From Bacteroidota bacterium (GTDB taxonomy: Bacteria > Bacteroidota > Bacteroidia > 2-12-FULL-35-15): 64,000 nucleotides of DNA. The position numbers and the translations under genes were made by a program. Of this stretch, positions 9,160-17,295 are shown one piece after another (the first letter of the stretch is position 1; each line of letters starts with the position of its first letter). The DNA lies in assembly GCA_021323165.1 (NCBI GenBank), contig JAJTCJ010000005.1, positions 3,056 through 67,055 of the forward strand, read 5' to 3'. The notes beneath the pieces are model-generated. The model was not told the DNA's origin. It saw only the letters and a list, made by a program, of their open reading frames with translations, and did no database searches.

Positions 9160-10659
9160 ATGAAAAGACTACTATCCTTTCTCATTTTATTGACATCACT
9201 GCTACTATTTCAATCGTGGGTAACTTCGATATCCAAAAAGCCTAAAAAAACGGATCCGGACACTTTAAGAACGAGTGATTTCTTTAAGAAATATTCTATA
9301 AGTGAACAACAGGAGGACTTAAAATTACTGAAGGAAGCGTTAGAAAAAATGCACCCGGATTTATATTGGCATGTAACAAAAGAAGACCTTGATAAGGAAT
9401 ACGCCACTCTTTTAAACGGTATTACCAGTGAAAAAACAGCTTATCAATACGCTTATTATATTAGAAGTTTGATTGCTAAAATTCGCTGTGGTCATACAGC
9501 AATTAGTTCGCCTCCATTTACAGATGAAATTAAAAAGAATAACCAACCCTGCCTGCCATTTAATGTAAAAGTAATTGATGATAAGCTTTACATTAAAGAC
9601 AACTTTACAGAAGACAGTTTATTTAACACTGGGGCGGAAATAATAAGTATCAATGGAGTAAAGTCAGTAGATCTGGTAAATGAATATCTACCAAAAGTGC
9701 ATAATGATGGTTTTAATCAGCAGGCCAAAATAGGTCGTGTTGAATTTTATTTTAAAATGTTGACTGAATTTAAATTTGATTTTCCTTCTTTCTATGTAAT
9801 GGAAGTCCTTACTGCCAGCGGCAATTATGCAAAAAGAAATGCAATGGGAATAAGTTTATCATTGATTGAAGCTAAATATGAGAAGAAATACCCGAATCAA
9901 GAAAATCCTTCACTTAAAATTATCGATTCATTAAAGACGGCAGTATTGACCTTCCCCACATTTGAAAATGAAACCTGGCGTACATTCTTAGACCCAAGCT
10001 TTAAAAAAATAAAAAAGAAAAAAATTGAAAACCTGATTATTGATTTGAGAAATAATTTAGGCGGTCGCGACCTATATAGTTCTAATTTATACGCCTATTT
10101 AGCAGCGGGACCATACAACTTTTATCATCACATTGAAATGCGGTTAGATAGTCTGGATGACCCCTTTTTAAAATACGGAGAATTAGACACCACAGAACTT
10201 GCACCTTTCGTTGGTAAGAATTATTTAAAGAAAATGCCTAACGGGAATTATATTGTAGACAAGAGCGCACATGCGATTACAGCTGAAGCGCCTTTAGCAC
10301 CTGACGGAGACTATAATTTCAAAGGTAAAGTTTTCATATTAATTAATGACGGAACATCATCGACAGCAGCCGCATTTTGTGCTATAAGTCAGTTTAATAA
10401 AAGAGCTACATTTATTGGGCAAGAGACAGGTGGCGGTAGTTGTGGAGATGCCGCAGGCATTTATTTTATTTTAAATTTGTCAAACACCAAAACCAAGGTT
10501 GTTATTCCTATAATGAGATTTTATAATTCGATGGATAATTGCCAAAGCCAGGGAGGGATAAAACCTGATTACGAGATCAAACCGGATTTGACCGACCTAA
10601 ATCCCACCATAGATCGTGAAATGAAAACTACATTAGATTTAATTAAAAAACAGCAATAG
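9160..10659 (+). CDS. S41-family peptidase-like secreted protein (paralog of 6814..8286)
   Basis: Signal peptide. Motifs IIDLRNNLGGRDLY and ILINDGTSSTAAAF. Same overall layout as the upstream paralog. Confidence 0.7.
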   Translation: MKRLLSFLILLTSLLLFQSWVTSISKKPKKTDPDTLRTSDFFKKYSISEQQEDLKLLKEALEKMHPDLYWHVTKEDLDKEYATLLNGITSEKTAYQYAYYIRSLIAKIRCGHTAISSPPFTDEIKKNNQPCLPFNVKVIDDKLYIKDNFTEDSLFNTGAEIISINGVKSVDLVNEYLPKVHNDGFNQQAKIGRVEFYFKMLTEFKFDFPSFYVMEVLTASGNYAKRNAMGISLSLIEAKYEKKYPNQENPSLKIIDSLKTAVLTFPTFENETWRTFLDPSFKKIKKKKIENLIIDLRNNLGGRDLYSSNLYAYLAAGPYNFYHHIEMRLDSLDDPFLKYGELDTTELAPFVGKNYLKKMPNGNYIVDKSAHAITAEAPLAPDGDYNFKGKVFILINDGTSSTAAAFCAISQFNKRATFIGQETGGGSCGDAAGIYFILNLSNTKTKVVIPIMRFYNSMDNCQSQGGIKPDYEIKPDLTDLNPTIDREMKTTLDLIKKQQ

Positions 10660-10882
10660 TATATAGTTATACGTCTTGTAATAGGTGACCGTACAAATCC
10701 CAAATCCGAGCAAGATCCCTTGTATCTTCAAGGATCTCGTTCATGTTTGGTCTGAAAGGGGGTACAAATGAACGATATTGACCTTTATTGAACCAAATTA
10801 GACGGCATTGGCCGATAAAAACGAAAGGTTTGCTTTAATATGGCAACCCTTTTTTTATTGATATTTTTGTAAAATAATTTTT

Positions 10883-11401
10883 ATGGAAGATATCAAAATA
10901 AAAAAAGCAACAGTAAGCGATATAAATGAACTCCAAGCAATCGGGAGGCAAACGTTTTTCGAGACTTTTGCATCAGGAAACACGGAGGAGAACATGGCCA
11001 AGTATCTCGAAGAAGGTTTTTCTAAAGAGAAATTAACTGCCGAGCTTTCTAATAAAAACTCTGAAATATACTTCGCGATTTTGGAAGACAAGGTCATTGG
11101 GTATTTGAAACTGAACTTGGGGGAATCACAAACGGAATTAAAAGATAATACTGCACTGGAAATTGAACGTATCTATGTCCTGAAGGAATTTCACGGAAAA
11201 AGTGTCGGCCAGGTGCTTTATGAAAAAGCGATTGAGATCGCACATGAGAAAAAGGCGGAATATGTTTGGTTAGGTGTGTGGGAGGAAAACCCACGAGCCA
11301 TAAGCTTCTATAAAAAGAACGGATTCCAAGAATTTGATAAACACATCTTTAAGTTGGGTGACGATGAGCAAACTGATATTATGATGAAATTGAGATTATA
11401 G
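10883..11401 (+). CDS. GNAT-family N-acetyltransferase
   Basis: IERIYVLKEFHGKSVGQVLYEKAIEIA...NPRAISFYKKNGFQEF matches the GNAT acetyl-CoA-binding core. Confidence 0.85.
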   Translation: MEDIKIKKATVSDINELQAIGRQTFFETFASGNTEENMAKYLEEGFSKEKLTAELSNKNSEIYFAILEDKVIGYLKLNLGESQTELKDNTALEIERIYVLKEFHGKSVGQVLYEKAIEIAHEKKAEYVWLGVWEENPRAISFYKKNGFQEFDKHIFKLGDDEQTDIMMKLRL

Positions 11402-11526
11402 TGCGGTTCTATTTTATGAACTACATCAAAAATGTATTTCTGAAAGCGGAAAGCTTTCCGAGAAAGTAGGTTAAACTATGCCCTTTTCTTTATATTTACA
11501 TGAAGCAACTTTAATTTAAACACTTA

Positions 11527-11931
11527 ATGAAAAAGATTATTTCAATTGCAACATCAATATTAATTATTTGCGGATCGTTAAACGCTCAGGACAATGGAAT
11601 GCTTGTCCGTATCTCCGAAATTGAAATTCATGCTGATAGTTTGGTAAGTTACAAAGCTATTCTCAAAGAAGAAGCTGAGGCATCGGTAAGGTTAGAACCT
11701 GGAGTAATCTTGATTTTTCCAATGTATCAGAAAAGCGATTCAACGCAGATCAGAATATTAGAGATTTATGCCAGCAAGGAAGCATACCAGTTGCATATTA
11801 AGTCGCCTCATTTCCTTCAGTATAAAACCACAACCCTTAGCATGGTAAAATCACTTAAATTGATAGATATGACAGCTATTGACCTGCAGACGATGGAGAA
11901 AATATTTGTCAAGAAGACTGTTAAGAAATAG
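11527..11931 (+). CDS. ABM-domain (antibiotic biosynthesis monooxygenase-like) protein with signal peptide
   Basis: About 100-aa ferredoxin-like ABM pattern (IRILEIYASKEAYQLHIKSPHFLQY) after an N-terminal signal sequence. Confidence 0.6.
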   Translation: MKKIISIATSILIICGSLNAQDNGMLVRISEIEIHADSLVSYKAILKEEAEASVRLEPGVILIFPMYQKSDSTQIRILEIYASKEAYQLHIKSPHFLQYKTTTLSMVKSLKLIDMTAIDLQTMEKIFVKKTVKK

Positions 11932-12010
11932 ACGACCTGTTCTTAGGATATTAAGAACAGGCTTCCGATCATTTTTGAACGGAAGTCAATTGTTCTTCAG
12001 AATGCTAATG

Positions 12011-12054
12011 CGCTGTAAATCATCCAAAAAGTTCGATATTTGCAACCGTAGGGT
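12011..12054 (+). repeat. Copy 2 of the 45-nt intergenic repeat
   Basis: Same 37-nt core and GTAGGGT tail as 8393-8437. A hairpin plus T7 (ggtcac attaa gtgacc) follows at about 12108-12131. Confidence 0.8.
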
Positions 12055-12173
12055 GCAAGTGAGTAGTTAACGAACTTTTCAGGAAGTTAACTGATATAAA
12101 GTTAGAAAGGTCACATTAAGTGACCTTTTTTTATACAATTAATATGCTTGATTACCAATTTGTTATGCAAATA

Positions 12174-12209
12174 AACTATAATTATAGTTACTAAACTATA
12201 ATTATAGTT
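12174..12209 (+). promoter_or_regulatory. Candidate BlaI/MecI-type operator: two tandem perfect 16-bp palindromes
   Basis: AACTATAATTATAGTT occurs at 12174-12189 and again at 12194-12209 (20-bp period), about 50 nt upstream of the repressor ATG. Confidence 0.6.
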
Positions 12210-12259
12210 GTATGGACTAAACAAATCGTTTACATTTGCATAAAATAAATTATAACATC

Positions 12260-12637
12260 ATGAATGAACTAACCAAAGCAGAAGAACAAATCATGCAAAT
12301 TCTGTGGGAAAAGGAAAAAGCTTTTGTCAAAGATATTGTTGATGAAATACCTAAACCAAAACCTGCCTATAATACTGTTTCAACAATTATAAGGACATTA
12401 GAACGAAAAAAATTCGTTGATCATAAAAGTTATGGGAACTCACACCAATATTTTCCAATTGTTGAGAAAATCGAATACACTAAATTGTTTATGAAACGTG
12501 TTATCAATAACTATTTTGACAATTCCCTTCATCAAATGGTCTCTTTTTTTTCAAAAGAGAACGACCTGAATATTAATGAAGTAGAAGAGGCTATTAAATT
12601 AATGCAGGAAATTAAAAAACAAAAAAAACATGGATAA
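12260..12637 (+). CDS. BlaI/MecI/CopY-family winged-helix transcriptional repressor
   Basis: LTKAEEQIMQILWEKEKAFVKDIVDEI...AYNTVSTIIRTLERKKFV is the family N-terminal HTH. The ORF-track start at 12236 is TTG; the in-frame ATG at 12260 is preferred. The stop overlaps the next gene (ATGGATAA). Confidence 0.85.
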   Translation: MNELTKAEEQIMQILWEKEKAFVKDIVDEIPKPKPAYNTVSTIIRTLERKKFVDHKSYGNSHQYFPIVEKIEYTKLFMKRVINNYFDNSLHQMVSFFSKENDLNINEVEEAIKLMQEIKKQKKHG

Positions 12638-14921
12638 ATTTATTATTTACTCTGTAGAGATAGCACTTAGTCTTGCTTTGTTTTATTCAGCATACTGGAT
12701 ATTCTTAAAAAATGAGACTTTTTTTAAATTAAACCGGTTTTACCTGATCTTCTCGGTGGTGATTTCCCTATTAACGCCATTGCTGAATATTACAATTGGC
12801 GGAGATTCATTTATAACTAAGAACCTGATATCACCAATTGAACTATACGAACAAAGTATGTTTCAAAATACTGATGGTGAAAACATTCCAACACGAAACG
12901 GAATGATCCCTCAGGGAAATGACGGAAACATTGCAGGAAACAAGGTAGCAAACATTGATCACGAAACCGGCAAACCGGATCCTGAACAAACGGCCTCCGT
13001 AAATTCATCTGAAGCAAGCAGTGCTGACACAAAAACAAACTGGTTGACAGTGGCATTAGTGATTTACCTTATTGGTGCGTCTCTATTCTTGATTCGTTTT
13101 ATTGCAAATTTCATTTTGATTTTCAGCTATACGATAAGACACAAGCAGGAACAAATATTCGGAATGAATGTGATCAGATTTGAAAAAAACATTTCACCTT
13201 TTTCTTTTCTAAATCTAATATTTATTAGAAACATAGAATATCCGGAAGCTGAACTAACCAAAATAATTTCCCACGAAAAAGTACACATCAGACAAAAACA
13301 TTCAATAGACCTTATTCTCTTCGAATTGTTGTTCGTTTTTCAGTGGTTCAATCCTTTTGTCTGGCTTTATAAACGTGCGATTAAAATTACTCACGAGTAC
13401 TTGGCAGACCAAGGGACTTTAAAATCAGGAGTAGATCTGCCGGACTATCAATACTCATTGCTAAATCAGGTGCTCCGTGAAAATAATTTTGAAATTGCAA
13501 GTAATTATAATTTATCCATTAAAAAACGAATTGAAATGATGATGAAAAAACGATCCCCCAAATTATCTGCGCTGAAATTAACTATCGCTCTGCCGATACT
13601 TGTTTTTCTATTTGTTGCATTTGCTTTTACTTCTAAAAAGGATATTGGTCAGACCAATATTGAGCGAAATGAATTAAAAGCAGAGCCCGATTCCACAATC
13701 AAAAAAGTAAATGTTCCTATTGAGTATTTAAAGATGCTGGAAGGCGAATATGTTTCATCCAATGACCCCAACAGGGTGAGGAAGATTAAGTTCGTGGAGG
13801 TGCTGGGGGTATTGGTCGGTAACGATGCCGGCTACCGATACAAAATAATCCCGCTTGGGGATGGAAAATTTATCAATCCGGATGATGGAGCTTCATTAAT
13901 CTTCGATACCAAAGACAAAAATGCAATATCATTATTACTTTTCGGAAAGATCAATTTAAAGAAGGTGAAGGAATCCGGGGACTTTCCAAAAAAATCTGTC
14001 GCTTTTTCTTTGGCAAATACGATGGCCAAAGATGGCATCCCGGCCGCGCTATCAAATTATAAAGAAGTCAAAAACTCTGGTAATTATGATCTAAATGAAA
14101 GCGAGATGAATATTGTAGGATATCAGTTATTAGAATCAGGGAAAACAAAGGAGGCGGCAGCCATTTTTAAGTTAAGCACCGAAGCATTCCCTAATTCATT
14201 TAATGTTTATGATAGTTATGGAGAGGTGCTAATGGCTCTTGGAGACAAAACGCAGGCTATCGAAAACTATAAGAAATCTGTCCGCTTAAATCCAGGAAGC
14301 AGAAATGGATTAAAAGTGTTGAAAGAAGCAGGGATAGATACAGATACCCTTATCAAAAAAATAAAACTTCCTGATGGGTATTTGAAATCATTAGAAGGCG
14401 AATACAAGTCAACCAATGAACCCCATGGAGTGAGGATAATCAAATTTATAGAGGAGGAAGGTGTACTGTTTGGCAACGATAATGGTTACAGGTACGACTT
14501 AATTCCGATGGGAGAAGGTAAATTCATTAACCCGGATGATGGAGCCTCTTTGGTATTTGATACCAAAAACAAGAATGCAATAACCCTATTGCTTTTTGGA
14601 ACCGTAAATTTAAAGAAAGTGAGTGAATTGAAAGAGTCAGATAGAATAAAAAAAGTAGAAGTTCCTATTGAGTATTTGAAGCAATTGGAAGGGGAATACC
14701 ATTCAACCGATGATCCTAAGGGGGTAAGGAAGATCATCTTTACCGTGGAAGATGGTGTATTATACGGTAATGACAATGGATATCGATATAAACTGGTTCC
14801 TGGTGGAGACGGGAAATTTACAAATCCGGATGATGGAGCTCCATTGGTATTTGATACCAAAGACAAGAATGCAATCACCTTATTGCTCTTCGGAAGGATC
14901 AATTTAAAGAAGGTGAAGTAA
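12630..14921 (+). CDS. BlaR1/M56-family membrane metalloprotease-type signal transducer with C-terminal TPR and three ~90-aa repeat domains
   Basis: N-terminal TM helices plus the HExxH motif (SHEKVHIRQKHS) and downstream THEYLADQG typical of peptidase M56. The C-terminal half has three copies of EGEY...GVR.I.F....GVL.GND.GYRY.L.P.G.GKF.NPDDGA.L.FDTK.KNAI.LLLFG..NLKKV, with a TPR-like segment between copies 1 and 2. Confidence 0.85.
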   Translation: MDKFIIYSVEIALSLALFYSAYWIFLKNETFFKLNRFYLIFSVVISLLTPLLNITIGGDSFITKNLISPIELYEQSMFQNTDGENIPTRNGMIPQGNDGNIAGNKVANIDHETGKPDPEQTASVNSSEASSADTKTNWLTVALVIYLIGASLFLIRFIANFILIFSYTIRHKQEQIFGMNVIRFEKNISPFSFLNLIFIRNIEYPEAELTKIISHEKVHIRQKHSIDLILFELLFVFQWFNPFVWLYKRAIKITHEYLADQGTLKSGVDLPDYQYSLLNQVLRENNFEIASNYNLSIKKRIEMMMKKRSPKLSALKLTIALPILVFLFVAFAFTSKKDIGQTNIERNELKAEPDSTIKKVNVPIEYLKMLEGEYVSSNDPNRVRKIKFVEVLGVLVGNDAGYRYKIIPLGDGKFINPDDGASLIFDTKDKNAISLLLFGKINLKKVKESGDFPKKSVAFSLANTMAKDGIPAALSNYKEVKNSGNYDLNESEMNIVGYQLLESGKTKEAAAIFKLSTEAFPNSFNVYDSYGEVLMALGDKTQAIENYKKSVRLNPGSRNGLKVLKEAGIDTDTLIKKIKLPDGYLKSLEGEYKSTNEPHGVRIIKFIEEEGVLFGNDNGYRYDLIPMGEGKFINPDDGASLVFDTKNKNAITLLLFGTVNLKKVSELKESDRIKKVEVPIEYLKQLEGEYHSTDDPKGVRKIIFTVEDGVLYGNDNGYRYKLVPGGDGKFTNPDDGAPLVFDTKDKNAITLLLFGRINLKKVK

Positions 14922-15074
14922 TTTTGGCTGAATGCCAACAATTTTTACAATCAGTTAAAGATCTCCCAAATTGCGAAAAGTTAGGTGTGGAATTCAAGTG
15001 GGGAAAATGTATAATTTTGCTGATTTTTGATTAAAAATGCGCCTGTTTTCAGGCGTTTCAGGGGCGTCAGCTGC

Positions 15075-15132
15075 ACTTAAAATCCTGTGATCATTGCGAT
15101 CGTACCGGCTCGATTCCGGCCCGGCTACTAAG
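15075..15132 (+). repeat. Degenerate direct copy of the 3' half of tRNA-Leu (anticodon loop to 3' end plus 5 nt)
   Basis: Aligns to 6467-6525 with two substitutions and one 1-nt deletion. The sequence just upstream has no resemblance to the tRNA 5' half. Confidence 0.85.
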
Positions 15133-15176
15133 GCTAAAACACGCACACATAGCGAATTTTAGCGAGTATTTAAACT

Positions 15177-15208
15177 AAAAAAGCCTCTCAGAAATGAGAG
15201 GCTTTTTT
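15177..15208 (+). terminator. Terminator hairpin of the recurrent AGCCTYTC-AGAAAT-GARAGGCT family
   Basis: aaaaaagcctctc agaaat gagaggctttttt, flanked by aaacta / tagttt arms that extend the stem. Confidence 0.75.
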
Positions 15209-15361
15209 AGTTTAAGCAGGATTTAGGAGGAATTTTCAATTACCTGATAACCTTTTCCTCCCTAAATGCTCAATTTTTGTATCTTATTATTATTTTTAAA
15301 TACTCAAATTTGAGTTGCCATATGATTCTGGTTATCATTTTTTTCACTTAAATCATTATGA

Positions 15362-17221
15362 ATGAGTAAAAACGCTAGACATTCAACTAGAAGTGTAAAA
15401 AAAGAAATAAAAACTGATAACGCTTTTACTATATTTATTTTAGGATCAATAATATTTGTATTCGCTTATACGCTTTACTCTAATACTTTAAAACACGATT
15501 ATGTTTATGACGACTTTTCAGTTTTAAAAGAAAATAGAATAGTAAAAAATGGTATTAATGGCCTTTCTGATATTTTCACATCTTCTTATCGTCATGGTTC
15601 ATTAGAGAAATCAGAAGATTTATACAGGCCTCTGTCTTTAGCAATGTTTGCGATTGAGTGGGAGCTATCTCCGGATAATCCTGTTTTAAGTCACTTTATG
15701 AATATTTTGCTATATGCGATAACCGTTTTATGTCTGTTTTTAACTCTAAGAAAAATCTTTTCAAAGTTTAATATTGTTTTCCCTTTTATTATTTGTATCC
15801 TTTTTAGTGCCCACCCTATTCATACCGAAGTTGTTGCCAATATTAAAAGTCGGGATGAGATCATGTCGTTTTTATTCATGGTGTTATCATTAAAATATCT
15901 CTGGGAATATTTAAACAACAAATTACTCAAGAATGTGATCATTTCGGTTTGTTTATATTTTTTCGCGCTTTTATCCAAAGAAAGCGCGGTTATGTTTGTG
16001 CTAATAGTTCCTTTAATTATTTACTTTTTTACAAATGTATCTTTGAAAGAGAATTTAAAGACTGCTGCATTCTTTCTCATTCCATTGATTTTAATTTTAC
16101 TATTGCGGAATTCAGTTATAGGTAATTTTGCAACTTCCGCTTCGCCTTCCGAAATTGATAATATTTTAATTGCAGCTCCCGACCTATTCTCACGTTATGC
16201 AACTGCCATGTTGATCCTTGGGAAATATTTAGCGAAACTTTTTTTTCCATATTCTTTGGTTTCAGATTATTCATTTAATCAAATCCCAATTGTTCCATGG
16301 TCCAATTTCTCTGTCATTGCCTCCTTAATAACATATTCAGGCATGTTAATCTTTTCGTTGATCGCTATAAAGGGTAAAAATATTTATTCATTTATAATAT
16401 TGTTATTTCTGATCACCATCTCTGTTTATAGTAATTTATTTTTGACAATTGGCAGCTCCTTTGGAGAAAGATTCTTGTATTTACCCTCCCTGGCCTTTTG
16501 TATTGGTATTGCTTACTTCATTCTGGTTTTATTTAAAACAGATCTCCAATCGGTTGAGATTCCCGGATTTCAATTTTTTCTGTCTAAATTTAAAAACCCA
16601 TTATTAATTTCGGGAGCCCTTGTTCTGTTCTACTCCTTTAAAACATATTCAAGAAACGCAGAATGGGAAAGCAATTATTCTCTTTATAGTGCGGATGTAA
16701 AAAGGTCACCTGAAAGCGCGCGTCTCCACTTTAATTATGGGGTTTCACTATTAAACAAAGTTTACGAAGCTACCTCTGTTCAACAAAAACAACAATTTGA
16801 AACCTTGGCAATCTATGAATTAAAAAAGGCTATTACAATCTATCCAAAATATGCTGAAGCACATGAAAGATTAGCATCAGTATTTCTTAAGCAGGAAAAT
16901 AATACAGAGGCGCTTAAACATTTTGAACTTGCTTTACAATACGATCCTGGCAGGGCAATTACTTATAGTAATATTGGGATGATCTATTTTAATAAAGGAC
17001 AATTTAAAAAGGCAATAGATTTTTACAGCAAAGCAGTTTCGCTTGATAGTAGTTTCGCAGATGCTTATATGAATTTAGGAAGTTCCTACGGAATGTTAAA
17101 AGATTATGAAAAAGCAATAGAATGTTTCAGGCGATGTCTAAGTTTACAACCTGATAATGCAAATGCTAAACGCTACCTTGAACTTGCAATTCAAATGAAT
17201 AATAAGATGAAACAGCAATAA
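15362..17221 (+). CDS. Polytopic membrane protein (GT-C / PMT-ArnT/TMTC-like) with C-terminal TPR repeats
   Basis: About 11 predicted TM helices, an early YRPLSLAMFAIEW loop motif, and a C-terminal ~170 aa of TPR repeats (AEAHERLASVFLKQ..., ADAYMNLGSSYGML...). Confidence 0.6.
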   Translation: MSKNARHSTRSVKKEIKTDNAFTIFILGSIIFVFAYTLYSNTLKHDYVYDDFSVLKENRIVKNGINGLSDIFTSSYRHGSLEKSEDLYRPLSLAMFAIEWELSPDNPVLSHFMNILLYAITVLCLFLTLRKIFSKFNIVFPFIICILFSAHPIHTEVVANIKSRDEIMSFLFMVLSLKYLWEYLNNKLLKNVIISVCLYFFALLSKESAVMFVLIVPLIIYFFTNVSLKENLKTAAFFLIPLILILLLRNSVIGNFATSASPSEIDNILIAAPDLFSRYATAMLILGKYLAKLFFPYSLVSDYSFNQIPIVPWSNFSVIASLITYSGMLIFSLIAIKGKNIYSFIILLFLITISVYSNLFLTIGSSFGERFLYLPSLAFCIGIAYFILVLFKTDLQSVEIPGFQFFLSKFKNPLLISGALVLFYSFKTYSRNAEWESNYSLYSADVKRSPESARLHFNYGVSLLNKVYEATSVQQKQQFETLAIYELKKAITIYPKYAEAHERLASVFLKQENNTEALKHFELALQYDPGRAITYSNIGMIYFNKGQFKKAIDFYSKAVSLDSSFADAYMNLGSSYGMLKDYEKAIECFRRCLSLQPDNANAKRYLELAIQMNNKMKQQ

Positions 17222-17295
17222 ATGGTAAGTATTCATCTTGATATGCTCATTCATTAATAAATCACTAGATTTGTTTATATTCTAATCTCTGAAAC

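Noticed and set aside
12817-14941. Four minus-strand ORFs antisense to the BlaR1-like gene, including a 151-aa one at 14486..14941
   Set aside because: Their internal repetition simply mirrors the three sense-strand domain repeats, and they have no independent signals.
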